This document shows, in pieces, positions 41,576 to 56,384 of a stretch of DNA of 64,000 bases. Where the stretch lies: NCBI RefSeq assembly GCF_009914755.1, contig NC_060928.1; one strand, 5' to 3'. The DNA comes from the human T2T-CHM13v2.0 reference genome, Homo sapiens. Each line of letters opens with the position of its first letter. Position 1 is the stretch's first letter. A model generated the notes under the pieces. That model did not search any database. It had not been told where the DNA came from and saw only the letters and a program-made list of their open reading frames with translations. Both the position numbers and the translations under genes were made by a program.

Positions 41576-43002
41576 ATGTCCCTTGCATTTCTTCTCCAAC
41601 AATTTCTATTTCTCAATGGAGGGACTTTAGAATAAGGACTTATCTGATTCCAAATGACTGGAACTAGTTGTCTACAGCTATTATTGAGTTAATATAATAC
41701 CTGTCTATAGGTGTTATTGAATTTAATAGTCATTTATGTGAGTTTGCTCTAATCCCAAATCACATTCTGTTTAGTAAATAAAGTGACAGGTATAGAAGCA
41801 TCTATGTAAAAGCACATGATTTAGGAGATCTATTTAGAATATCCAACCAAAGATATCAACACCTGATGTGGTCAGTAGTTTGGGAGGAACCTAAAAATGG
41901 GACGTCTCAAGTAGGATTTCAGTAAAACAAAGTTTAGAAACATCACAAGCCCTGTTATTGGATACACCACTGCTCCTCACCCACCTCCCCAACACCAAAA
42001 GGGATTGCACAACTTTGTCACCCTGAGACTCAAATAATGAAGAGTATTTTCTTTTATAGGAAGAAGAAGGAAACAGAGAAACAGGAAGAGGAGGAGGAGG
42101 AAGGTGAGGAGAAAATCAATTAATGATAAAACATACAAGGAGCTTTGAACTCTGGAAATTATTTTTCTATAGCCTTCACATGAGGCCAACCACAGACTAA
42201 AAGCTACCGCTTAGCCTTTACAACTTTTGAAAGTTAACCCTTCGGTACATAAAATTAATTTTTACTTTGCTATACAAAATCCAGATTTATGTATGTCAAA
42301 TGTGAAGAGACACTTTTGCTTTCACATTTTCTATGAAGACTCTTAAGGCTACCAGAGGCATCCACAGAGGGAAGTGAAAATCTGGTTCACATGTATTAAG
42401 TACAAGGAGACAGAGAACATTTGGCAAATTAATGAACAAATGTTAGCAGTGTTAAGTGTAGAATGAATGAATATGCGAATGGATGAAATAACATTTGCAG
42501 TCCCATATTGAATAAATTCTTATCAGGGATTGTTTACTCATACTTTATGCAAATCTTCTGAATTCAGGCTGGCTGATATTTCTAGTAATTTGGGGTCCTT
42601 TAATGAGAGGGGCAGTTTAAAACTCTGGGCCCAATTCTTCTAACTTGGGAAACTCCCTATCATTCTGGAATATGCCTCAAAATCTTTGTGATAGAAGAAG
42701 AAAATAATTAGGAAAGAAAGAGAGAGAGAAACTGAGAGAGATTGAAAGAGAAGGCTTTTTCCAATTCTTCCAGATGAAACTTTCAAGTGGGCTTCTCTTT
42801 AATTAAACCAATCTAAGGCGCCCCCCAAATCATCTTCCTTTAAAATCTTGAATTTTGACCACCCTGTCAGTTTCTGAAACTCCTTTTGATGATATAAGTA
42901 TTTAAAATTTTTTGGAGACAATTTTTGGAGGTGTGGACAGCAAGTAAAAAGCAAAAAAAGAAAGAAGGTTAAGTCATTACGATTTCAAAATATATTAAAG
43001 TA

Positions 43003-43275
43003 GGCCAGGAATGGTGGCTCATGACTGTAATCCCACCGCTTTGGGAGGCCGAGGCAGGCAGATCACTTGAGGTCAGGAGTTCAAAACCAACCTGGCCAAA
43101 TGGTGAAATCCCATCTCTACTAAAAATACAAAAATGAGCCAGATGTGCTGGTGCATGCCTGTAGTCCCAGCCACTTAAGCGGCTGAGGCACAAGAATCAC
43201 TTGAACCCGGGAGGCAGAGGTTACAATGAGCCAAGATCATACCACTGCACTCCAGCCTCGGTGACAGAGGGAAAA

Positions 43276-43283
<8 letters not shown>
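43003..43283 (+). mobile_element. AluS
   Basis: Full dimer whose A tail runs into a TA array. Confidence 0.93.
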
Positions 43284-43315
<32 letters not shown>

Positions 43316-43566
43316 ATATATATATATATGTGTATATATATATGTATATATATGTATATATATGTATATATATATGTATATATATATGTGTATATGTATG
43401 TATATATACATATATGTATATATACGTATATATACATATACGTATATATACGTATATATACATATACGTATATATACATATATGTATATATACGTATATA
43501 TACATATATGTATATATACATACATATACATATATGTATATATACATACATATACATATATATATA
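43284..43566. repeat. Complex (TA)n/(TATATG)n/(TATACG)n/(TATACA)n array
   Basis: About 280 nt of alternating purine-pyrimidine sequence. Confidence 0.97.
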
Positions 43567-43863
43567 ACTATTCTTAATGAAATAGATTGCATTTTATACC
43601 TGAATTTAGATGTTCATATTTTTAAAAATTATAATCGCAATATAAAAATATCAGTTCATTTGCTGGATTATATGAGGGTTTTTTTTAAACATAAAATAAA
43701 GGTACCAAGTATATTAAAGCAACTATTTTTAATGAAATACATTGCCTTTCACACTTGAATTCAGATGTTCATACTTTTAAAATTTATAATCACAACATAA
43801 AAGTATCTGTTCATTTGCTGAGTTACATGAGGGAGGTTTTTTGAACATAAAATAAAGGAATCA
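43567..43863. repeat. Old ~155-bp tandem duplication (~85% identity by eye)
   Basis: actatt..aatgaaata..tgaatt.agatgttcata...aacataaaataaagg occurs starting at 43567 and 43722. Confidence 0.92.
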
Positions 43864-45079
43864 TACAATCACATGGTACAATTAATATGATTAATGGAAG
43901 AAAAACAAAAATTAAACTTGGAATTGGAGATGGGAAACAGTCACCAGATATTTGACTGTGAGAGCTCCATAAATATTCCTTGGTTTTGTCTTTTTAGCAC
44001 TAAACTGTGACATCTTCCATTTGAAAGAAATCAGCTTTGTTTTCAATGCTAAGAGACAGTTTCCATCATTTTTTCTTCTGGCACACACTCGGCTATTTAA
44101 ACTCTTCTTTTGTCTTTTTGCATTCAGTTATATTCCTGGCGCATACTGCCCTAAACAGGCCACATGCGAGCCTTGGAGGTTTATAGGTGTCTATCACGAT
44201 GCATCCTCTGTAACAGTTGCTTAGCTACATCGCACATCTTTTGTTCTTTGCCCATGGATCTATCCCACCAGGCCTCCAATCGTGCGAGCTGTTCTTTTGA
44301 TTGTCCCTCCATATCCTTTGCCCTTCCTGCTGCTAAAAGCAGCATGGCAGGTACTACCTCATGAACTTTCTGCATCGGTTTGATTTTTGTCTCATGCTAA
44401 TGTGATACTTGTCTAATAGAACTCATGGACTTCTGGGACATAACCACTTATGCTTCTCTCTTCCATTGGAGAACTGTGTTCAGGATGAGATCTAATTCAT
44501 GTATATGAATATACATTTTTCTTCTATACTAAGTGACAATTATTCTGTCTGCCTTGATGCCTTACTCTATTGCACAGGCATATTTTCATTCATAGTTTGA
44601 CAGGCTTTTCAGCCCTAATAATTACTTGGAATATCTCTTTAATGCAATGCGTGTATTTTACTTATAATAGAAAAAATCTTATCCTCCTTTTAAATACAAC
44701 TTTCAGTAAGGAGACCAAAATGCAAAGCACAACTCAGAAGTGTATGGCTAGGAAAGACTCTCTCAATCAGTAATGCAACTTGTGGACATAAATCTAGCCT
44801 GTGGAAAAAAATGCATTCACTTTCTCAAGTAATAGCATCAAAGATATAATTTGATAATTGAGTGTAGTTATAATTGAGTTTTTCAAATTCTGCTTTGCTT
44901 CTGATTTGTATACACAGAATTCTGGGATGTTTGTCAGCTCCAGGGATGGTGAGCTCTGCCTGTCATTCTGGGGCAGATCGTCGCATTTTGGAAAACTGTT
45001 GTTTTGAAAGATCTTCCTTTTAAAGCACTACGGTTTGTCAACATGTGACTTCTATCATTTCCAACTAGTTGTGATATAT

Positions 45080-46172
<1,093 letters not shown>

Positions 46173-46809
46173 AACACATTTCTTATACAACATGGTTTTG
46201 AGTTATTTTACCTACAACCAACTCCAGCTGGTTTAATGTGTAGCTTACAGAATTGAACCCACTTTTTTCAGACTTGTCTACCTTTTCTACAAGGGAGAAA
46301 GGCATTTTACAAGACACAGAAGCCCCTAAGTTTGGAATTCTCTGTCAGAAATGGTGGAGAAGAAAGACTTTTTCAAGGTCCTGAAGGGTGACTATGGTGA
46401 TAGGATTCAACGCACCACATTCAACAGACATGTGGCCAAATTCTCCTCTTCTTCATTAGCCAGTATATGAAAAAAGCAGAGGACGCTCATGGAATCAGGT
46501 ATACCCAAGAGTGTCCCCATCACCTTTTCTATAGATTTCAATAGGTTCAAAACACAAGTCTCTTAAAAACCACAGAGTAGCAAGTTCTAGCCAACCAAAA
46601 GCATTCACCATTTTCCCGAAATACCTTCTTTGCCTCCCTTGGGATGTGCTTCTTCCACTCCGTTTCTACCTCACTGCCCCTCGCCTCTATTTCTGCCTAC
46701 TCAAATCATACTCATTGCCTCTGCCATGCCTCCCAACCCCTACAGCAGGAAATGACTTCTGTTTTCTGGCTTCACAGGGCAGTTTTCCCTTGTTTGAAGA
46801 TGCTTGTCA

Positions 46810-47116
<307 letters not shown>

Positions 47117-47154
47117 TCATATTATAATATAATTATGTATCTGCCTCATGCCCT

Positions 47155-47734
47155 GGTGGTAGAAAGAATTCTGAGTGGCCTCCAAGATTCCCACCCCTGG
47201 TATATGCACCCTGCATAATCCCTCTCCTTGATCATGAGTGGCTCTTGTGACTATGATGGGATATTATCCCATGACTCATTTTACAGCTGCAATTAAAGTC
47301 CCTAATCAGATGACTTTGGGTTCATGAAAAGAGAGATTTTCCTGGGCAGGTCTGATATAATGAGGCAAGCACTTAACGTTGGAGAGTTGAAGGGAGAGGG
47401 ATTCTCCTGCCTTAAAAAGACAAGCTGCTTGTTGTAGAGGGGACCCCCATGCCAGGGAGCAGTAGAAGACCTCCAGGGATGAAAGCAGCCCCCAGTTAAT
47501 AGCCAGAAAAAAAAACCCAGAAACCTCCATCGTACCACTGCAAAAAAACAAATTCTGCCAACAAGCCTCAGCCCCAAATGACACCTCAGTTTCTGCCTTG
47601 TGAGACCCTAGGCAGAGCACCCAGCAACCTAGCCTGGACTCCTGATGCAGGTAAACTGTGAGATAATACATGTGTGTCATTTCGATTCACTAAGTTTTTG
47701 GTAATTTGATATTCTGCAATCGAAAACTAAAATA
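47155..47734 (+). mobile_element. MLT1E-type MaLR LTR
   Basis: ggtagaaagaattctgagtggcctccaagattcccacccctgg...gcaatcgaaaactaaaatac. Confidence 0.8.
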
Positions 47735-47936
47735 CCTATCAAATAGATTGTCTCCAATTTTTTACACATCACTAAAATCAAGGCAGTTAATGACACTTCC
47801 CCCTATACTTGGCTCTAAAATATTTTGAAGATGATTCAAAGAACAAAATATGATATGTGGTCCTTGTAAACTAGGTTTCTTCTAGACTGTTTAAAATGAA
47901 AATGAGAGTATGGAAACTTTAGCAAGTTACTAATAA

Positions 47937-48578
<642 letters not shown>

Positions 48579-50308
48579 AAGTCACGTGTTTTATGAAGAA
48601 TTAGGAAACATTAATTTGAATCCTGACTTTATTACCAGCTAGCTGGGTTGCCTTGAGCAAGTCAAAGCCAAGTCAATTTTTTGGTTTGTTAGCTGTACAT
48701 ATAAATACAGATTATAATAGCTATTACTTATTGAAAAACTCCTGTGTATCAGGGATTGTATGTATGTTACTCACAAATACTATAGTAACAGTGTCAGATA
48801 GACACTATTTTCATTATACAGATCAAAATGGTGAGACTCAGAGAAATTAGGTGTAACATCCGAGGTCATATGGTAACTGCAGGACAGGGTCGTGATTTGA
48901 AGCCAAGCTTGTCTGACTCACAAGCCTGGGCTATTTGCCTTTAAAGTGAGGGGTTATGTAAGGCATTCTCTAATTGGGTCATCCTGGAAATACAGACTGA
49001 GTATGTGATTTCCACAGAACAAGGCAGGCAGAAGGCCCTCCTCCTCTACACCTCAGAGGTAAGTCACATCTCAGTTCCTGTTGGTCCAAATGAATGCAGG
49101 CTGAGGCAATGGCAGAGACCCAGAGCCCAGGCGGGGAGACTGCGGGGATTTAAGAACTCGTTTACTTAGAACAGTGAAAAGGAAGTCAAGCGTGAACTTT
49201 CTGAGCTCCAAAGATATTCTCAGGGCCCATTTGCGAATAAGCATAAATCTTCAAATTTATCCAAAGTTTAGCAAATTCACAATGACAAATGTAACAGTTC
49301 CTCTAAATTGAAGTTCATCTCCTGGCAGTTTTGGAGGCTTGGAGAAAATGCCAGCAACAAGGACTTGGAAGGAAATAAATCTTTAGATTCCCTGAAAACA
49401 CAGAGAGTTATTGTGGAAGACATATGGAGGACCCCATACTGCGTTAAGAAAGAAAATTTATAAATGTCAGCTTCATAGCAGCAATGTCGAAGGGATTTCA
49501 GCAATCCACACTTAACTACAATAAGAAAAACAGGCTGCAGGTACACATTTGCCACGAAGAACTAATTATGCTTAACCTGTGCTCTTTCTGGGAGGAGCAA
49601 ATGAGGAGAGAAGGAGGTAAGTGTCCAGGATCCAGAGTAAGACATTAGAATTTTTTTTTAATCCAAACAGGTCACGTTTAAAGATTCTCTATTGTTGAAA
49701 AAAAAAAAAAAGTTCTGAATAGTGGGATGGTAAAGGGTACACAGTATGGGCCTATATGGCAGAAGAGTTGAATTCTGCATCTTTGAAGGCCTCGCTTTTG
49801 TCGTCTCTTCAACACTAATGATCAATCTGACACCTGCTCCCAGGTTTGTACTGATGATGGAATGACGCATGGTCACCAAGTACTACTCAGCAAATATTGA
49901 CCATGGGCCTTTCTGTATCACAGAAACAGGCACAGTGACTACAAAGGTGAATGACACACAGTCCCCACCCTCAGTAAGCTTACAGATGGTCCTGATTTAT
50001 GAAAGCATTTCATAAACTGTAAAGCATTATTAGAATGTTTATCATTTTAACTTATTAACTAATCCAGTAAGTCATTATTGAACATATTTGAAAAACACCA
50101 AGAACCAACTACGTGTCTGACTCCATTTTTTTGGCAAATTATAATATCACAGCAAGAAGTACTTACGTGGGACTAAAAATTCAAATCTGTATCTGTCTCT
50201 TTTTAGCCAAAGCCACGGCTAATATTGGACAGTCTTGATTTTTTTTTTCTTTTCCAAAGGGAAAAAGGTAATAAATGAAACTGCAACTTTAAAAATGGGA
50301 AAATAGGT

Positions 50309-50611
50309 GGCTGGGTGCAGTGGATCATGCCTGTAATCCCAGCACTTTGGGAGGCCAAGGCGGCCCACTCACTGGATGTCAGGAGTTTGAGATCAGCCTG
50401 GCCAACATGGTGAAACCCCGTCTCTACTAAACATACAAAAATTAGCTGGGCATGGTGGCACGCGCCTGTAGTCCTGGCTACTCAGGAGGCTGAGGCAGGA
50501 GAATCACTTGAACCCAGGAGGCGGAGGTTGCAGTGAGTCTAGATTGTGCCACTGCATGCCAAGCTGGGCAACAGAGTGAGGCTCGGTCTCAATAAATAAA
50601 TAACTAATTAA
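50309..50611 (+). mobile_element. AluS
   Basis: TSD aaaaatgggaaaatagg at 50291-307 and 50612-628; TT/AAAA endonuclease site. Confidence 0.95.
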
Positions 50612-53096
50612 AAAAATGGGAAAATAGGAAGTGAAATGTAATCATATGCATTCCTAATTTCCGGGGAATGGGTCATCTTCTCCTCAGGGTTCTGAATGAA
50701 GATTGTGCCAATTAAAAGGTGCCCTGGTTGGCCACAAAGCCCAGAACTAGAAATAGAAGGAACACAATGGAAACACCAGCTGTCGGAAGCTGCAGCAGGA
50801 CCTCAAGAATGATGCTGCAAACATCTAATGAGAAATAGAAAACTTCTTACAAGTCCCATAACTAATGTCGATGAGACAATGCTGAAGACGAGCCTGAATT
50901 TAATAAATCTTTTAATATTTCCACAGCTGGGCCTGCTTACTCGGGGCTGGTGGACCATTTTCTTAAATAAGGCATGGCGCTGGTCTGACATTAGTTTAAC
51001 AAGGTAATTATCAAGTGAAAAATAGCTGCTGCACTGCTGTGAACCTGAATAATAACTCTCATAATTACTGATTTTGGGCCCATCTTTTAAAAAAATAATA
51101 GAGCTCCAAGTACTAAAGCATTTTATAAGAAATACATTCCAGTACAGTGTCTAGAAGTGTGGAGAACTATTAAGGATATAATTAGCGGTTTATTTACATA
51201 ATCAGTGAAACACCGTTTATCATTTCTTTTATGGTCCTATTGAAGGAAAGCAAATAAGTATGAGAATTAAGTTATTTTATGCAGGCAAATTTGAAAAAGA
51301 GAATTATTATTAATTGTTTTAAAGCTTGAAAGTTGGACTTTCTAAATGCCTCAAGTGAACACTGAATAAGTATAGTTGAGTTTACCAGATGCTAGTACTT
51401 CTCATATATGACATGACAAACATTTCCAGAGGAAATTTTACACGGACAAATACATCTCTCAGCTAGCTAACTTTAATCTTTTTTTCAAAGCTTGAATTAA
51501 TTCTGAAAACACAGACACAAATAATTATCCTTTACCTGAGAACCATCTCAGGTGGTTGATTTTTATCTGGAATATCGGAATATGAGAGTAACATGGAGAC
51601 ACCATGTGTGTCTATGAGGAAATACCCTCCCAAGCATTACTGACTGGGACAAGCTCATAATTAGATTTTGAAAGAACTCTTGTTTTTTCATTGTTTTCAG
51701 TGTAACAACCTCATCCTGACATAGCAAATGATGCATTTTTCAAAGTAAAAAAAGACAAACAATCAAACTGCAAATAAGATTATTCAAAGGCAGGAATAAG
51801 TCAGACATAATGTATTTTTTAAGGAAAGTTTGTAAAAATAATGTAATATTGCTTTCAATAAAATGGAGAACAAATTTTGATGTGTAAGGGAGTAATGGTG
51901 CTGTGCTTCATTAAATGGGAGGGGCTTTATCACCAGGCTCCCAGGTGACCTTATGTCCTCCTTTTTCAGATCTTCAGAATGATAATTAGTGTCATCATTG
52001 TCAAGTTCAAGTTCTCCTGACTTGTTGAAAAGCCAAAAATACATATTGTGACAGGGAAGTTCCCATCAAAGAGTAGTAAGGAGAATACCAATTGGGAAAG
52101 GACAACTTCATAAAAATAAACAAGTATGGCATAATGGTTTGTGAAGCTGATTCTTCTGGAATGAATAATAAAAGCAAAATACATGAAGGCACCCAGTTCT
52201 GTAAGCTCCTAAATTCAAATACTCCAATATGATTACCTTGATTAAACAATAAATAAAACATACCCTGATGGGTAATTTTGTCATGGAGCCTCTACATTCT
52301 TAATGAAATCCATCTGAACATTGCTTAATACAGTCGTAGAAGAGTGCTAATTTAACCTGACTTCAACAAATGCTTTATTTTACCTCATCTACATAAATAA
52401 GGTGTGTTCACAGTTCTAAAACATGACATGAATATGAAGATTAAGCTACACATTGGATTGTAGGGGAGGATACCTGGATTTGGCTCACTCCACTAAACCA
52501 AAATATCACCAGCCATTATTATCTAAAAGAAATACTGCACACATCTCAGCTGAACACTGATTTTTCCAAATGCTTTACGTTTAAAAAATAGTAATAATGT
52601 AGTGTTTGGAAATAATGTGTAAAAATAGAGTGTGAAGCATTATTAGGAACAGATTTATAAACAGAGGCAGAGGGTATCTACATGAAAAAACATGGCTAAG
52701 CTCTGCTAATAATCAAGTCTTTGAAACAAAAGCTCGCTGGATCTTTAGCTCCTCCAAAGCAAGAGATTTTGTTCATTCATCTTCTTATCCCCAGGGCACA
52801 GAAAGGTAACACATGGGAAGTCATTGAGGAAGGTTAAATAAATAAATAGGTGTTTCCACTGAAATTATACCCAGTAAGATGCATTCAATAAGATTCAAGT
52901 ACCCAGTTAACCATTGCTGAGAATTACTTATTCTGTAAAATTTGATGCTATAATTGGATTTCCTAGGAAGTTTTGAGACTATGTGGTGAAATACTCTAGC
53001 AATCTCATGGTCCAAAGCACCAAAGACAAAAAATCAGTCTTAGCATTGTAGGTTGGGTAGGCATAATTTTAGTTTGAAGTTTAAAATATGAGTCTC

Positions 53097-53390
53097 GGCG
53101 GGGTGTGGTGGCTCATACTTTGGGAGGCCGAGGTGGGTGGACCACAAGGTCAGGAGTTCGAGACCAGTCTCGCCAATGTGGTGAAACCTCGTCTCTACTA
53201 AAAATACAAAAATTAGCCGGGTGTGGTTGTGAGCGCCTATAGTCCCAGCTACTCGGGAGGCTGAGGCAGGAGAATTGCTTGAACCTGGGAGGTGGAGGTT
53301 GCAGTGGAGCCGAGATCACACCACTGCATTCCAGCCTGAGCGACAGAGCAAGACTCCATCTCAAAAAAAAAAAAAATAAAAAAATAAAAA
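53097..53390 (+). mobile_element. AluS (Sg-like) with a ~15-nt deletion near the 5' end
   Basis: Lacks GCCTGTAATCCCAGC; TSD aaaatatgagtctc. Confidence 0.93.
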
Positions 53391-53789
53391 AAAATATATA
53401 TATATATATATGAGTCTCAAGTCCTTGTTCTTTTGTGGACAAATTTCTAGATTGCTCTATAATACAAAACAGGCTGCAGTCACTTGAGATTGTGATGGTG
53501 GAAACTTATTAAAATATGGGAAAAACTGTAGGTTTAATAATGTGCCTGTGGGCTAGATATTCAGACATCATGGGTCACATTTGTGCTATTTACCAGCATT
53601 GCATCAACTGTTCAAGTTACAAATATCTATTGAAAGCTTTGTATTTGAAGGACATTGTGGTAGAGCGTTTTCTCTCATGAGTTTAAGAACTAAGGCTTTT
53701 AGAAGGTTAGAAAGAAGTCTTTCCCAGGCTCAATCTTTTTCCATTAAGAGCAGACTTCATCAACACCCGCTTCTCCATGCCTCGTTGTA

Positions 53790-54030
53790 CTTTTTATATT
53801 TTTTAATTCTATTTTTGTCATAAAAATTCTATGTATTTAAGATATACAATATGTTTTGATATACATATACTTGGTGAAATTATTACCACAATTAAGCAAA
53901 CTAATATAGCCATATCCTTCTACAATTTTTCATTGTTGTGAGAGCACCTGAAATCATCTCTTAGAAAATTCCTGGTATATAATACAGTATTATTGACTAT
54001 AGTCATTATGCTGTACATTAGGTCTCTAGT
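53790..54030 (-). mobile_element. L1MA-type 3' end fragment
   Basis: ttttgatatacatatac...ttattaccacaattaagc...atgctgtacattaggtctctag. Confidence 0.8.
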
Positions 54031-54470
54031 GCACCACAGAACTTTGCTTGCACTACTCTTACAGGGTGGATGCTATTGCATTAGAGTTCATCGTGTATGG
54101 GTCTGTCTCCCTTGTTATACTGCAAGTTCCCTTGGGCAAGCCATATATATCACACTCCTATGCATGTGCTCAACACCTGCCCAGATGCCTGGCACAGTCA
54201 ACGGTAGAAGGCCTGCAATGCAGACTTTGGACTTAAATTCAGGCAGACTTTGACCTGCATCCTCACTCCCAACCTCTGCTGGGGCATTTCTTTCTTTAAC
54301 TGGGGCTCATGAGTACAGTGTCTGGAAATAAACAGAAGCAAGACTTATGAATAAGAAGTCCAGGTAGATCTCTTAGTCTTTTTTGTATCATGGGTCATGC
54401 TCACACCACATTGTAGCTGCTCTGGAATTGTCAAGATTTCACATTTGAACATGAACTGGGGTCCTTGAAG

Positions 54471-54610
54471 TAGGGATGCCATATTTAACAAAGAAAACAC
54501 AGGATGCTCAGTTAAACTTGAGTTTCAGATAAATATCAAATAATGTTGTAGTAGAAGTATGATGTCTCAAGTATTGCATTTGTATACTTACATTTTATCT
54601 GGCAACCCTA
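54471..54610. mobile_element. MER53 hAT MITE (internally deleted)
   Basis: TIRs TAGGGATGCCATAT / ATCTGGCAACCCTA. Confidence 0.85.
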
Positions 54611-55720
54611 ACTTCAAAAAGATAATAAGTTGGAGGTAAGAAGAGTCAGATAATGTGTTTCTCAATAATTTTTTATTGTGTAGAACAGTTCTCTTCTCCA
54701 GTCCCCAAACAATAAATTCTGGCAGCAACACGTGACAATGAAAAGATTTGACACACTTTGTTTTACCCACTATGGGGTAGTGTTGTTTCAGTTTGGAAAC
54801 CATAGGCAATATACTCCCTAAAACCGAAAGTCAGGAAATGCACGTGCCAGGACTCCATAGATAACATAGTCACACAGAGTCAGGCAAAGAGCACATAATG
54901 TCCATTTTCTGGTTAGTACCTCATTCAGACCTCCAGAACAAGCTCGTGAGGGCAGTCATAGATATGACTTGCATTTAAGCCTGTACGTTTGACAATTGTA
55001 ACCCCCTAAGAGAAGAGCTAACAACCACCTCAGATTTCATAACAGCTTGACTTATAACATATTAGGGGATAATAAAAACATACCATATCTGAAACGTTAA
55101 TTATAAATATGATAATAATTATACCTTCAACTTGTACCGCACTTTAAATTCATTCAAAGCACTTTTCTGTCCATTATCTCATGCAATCATTAGTGTGGTA
55201 TTTACCAGACATTAGAGAATGGAATGTCTGTTCAAGCCACTGTTATGGCCAATTTGCAACTTCTGATACTATCAATTTGAAACCACAAATGGGAAGAGAT
55301 GGGTCTCCTTTTTCTCTTTCAGAAATCTGTCAGTTCATCTATCAATTGCGGGCTTTCTCTCAAGTATTTTTATGACTAGTCCTAGATTTTCCATTAATGT
55401 CACAAGAATATTCTCTTTCTGAGCAACTTAGGCAATTATGCTAATTTAAGGTAAGAGTTTTAAATAAAATCAAATCAAAAGTAAATTTAAAAATTTGTGA
55501 TGAACTGTCTTTCTCCCAAGAACTGTCTGGCCTAGGAAGGCAATGTCTGACAAACAGCAAGAGTTCAGTGAGTTCTGAAAGAATGAATCCATGAATGAGT
55601 GCAGGAACAAATCAACTTCGAATGACAATCTGCTCTACTTCTAACTGAATTTGCTACAAATCTCACCAGCCTAATGAAGACTGCTACTGAAATGGACACT
55701 CATTAATCACAATATCAGTT

Positions 55721-55782
55721 CCCACTGCACTCCAGTTTGGATGACAGAGTGAGACCTCATCTTTAAAATAAAAATAAAATAA
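55721..55782 (+). mobile_element. Severely 5'-truncated Alu with TSD
   Basis: Only the last ~40 nt of Alu plus tail; TSD aatcacaa(t/c)atc(a/g)g at 55705 and 55783. Confidence 0.85.
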
Positions 55783-56202
55783 AATCACAACATCGGGTGC
55801 TAGAGCCATCTGGAAACCATTTAATGGAACCCCATGCGAATAAATGCATGGTCCAGGGTCATCTGAGACAACGACATTTATGTTTTTAAGCAACCAAGAT
55901 GCCACAGTCAGAGGCAAGAATCCATTCCCATAATTAAACATGAAGGACTACTCTGAGGAAGTGTATTCTTTTCTTGAAAATAAATTTTTGAATGCAATCA
56001 AAATCAATTTCCTTTCCTCTGGTCCTCAGTGAACACGATACAGAGCCCACTCTTTACATATAAGTTGCCCAAATAAATTACCAGCACTTGATAAATGTTT
56101 AGTAGTTCCTTGCTCTCTGAGCAAAATGGGGGATGAAAATCTCACCCTCTGTTGGACAGATGTGGTAATTGTAATTGTTTGGAACTTGTTTGTTTAACTC
56201 AC

Positions 56203-56254
56203 CATTTTCCATTAATATTCATTTTTTCCCCAATTGGTCTTAAATTCTTGGTTC
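56203..56254 (-). other. Candidate 52-nt alternative (cassette) exon of LDB2
   Basis: Minus strand: cttgtcttctttctataCAG|GAACCAAG...GGAAAATG|GTGAGT. Strong pyrimidine tract and consensus donor in unique sequence. Confidence 0.6.
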
Positions 56255-56384
56255 CTGTATAGAAAGAAGACAAGTCTGTTTTGGCTCTGCCCAAAACCAG
56301 AGTTCTTCCCACTATGTGCCAAATAAATAATGGGAACTCCATGGTAATTTGAAGTGGCTGTTGTCTCATAGGTTTAACTCACTC

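Noticed and set aside
42050-42115. Purine-rich GAA/GAG tract
   Set aside because: Short, ordinary low-complexity sequence.
43175-43758. Multiple 70-185 aa Y/I/V/M-rich ORFs
   Set aside because: Stop-free frames of the TA-type microsatellite.
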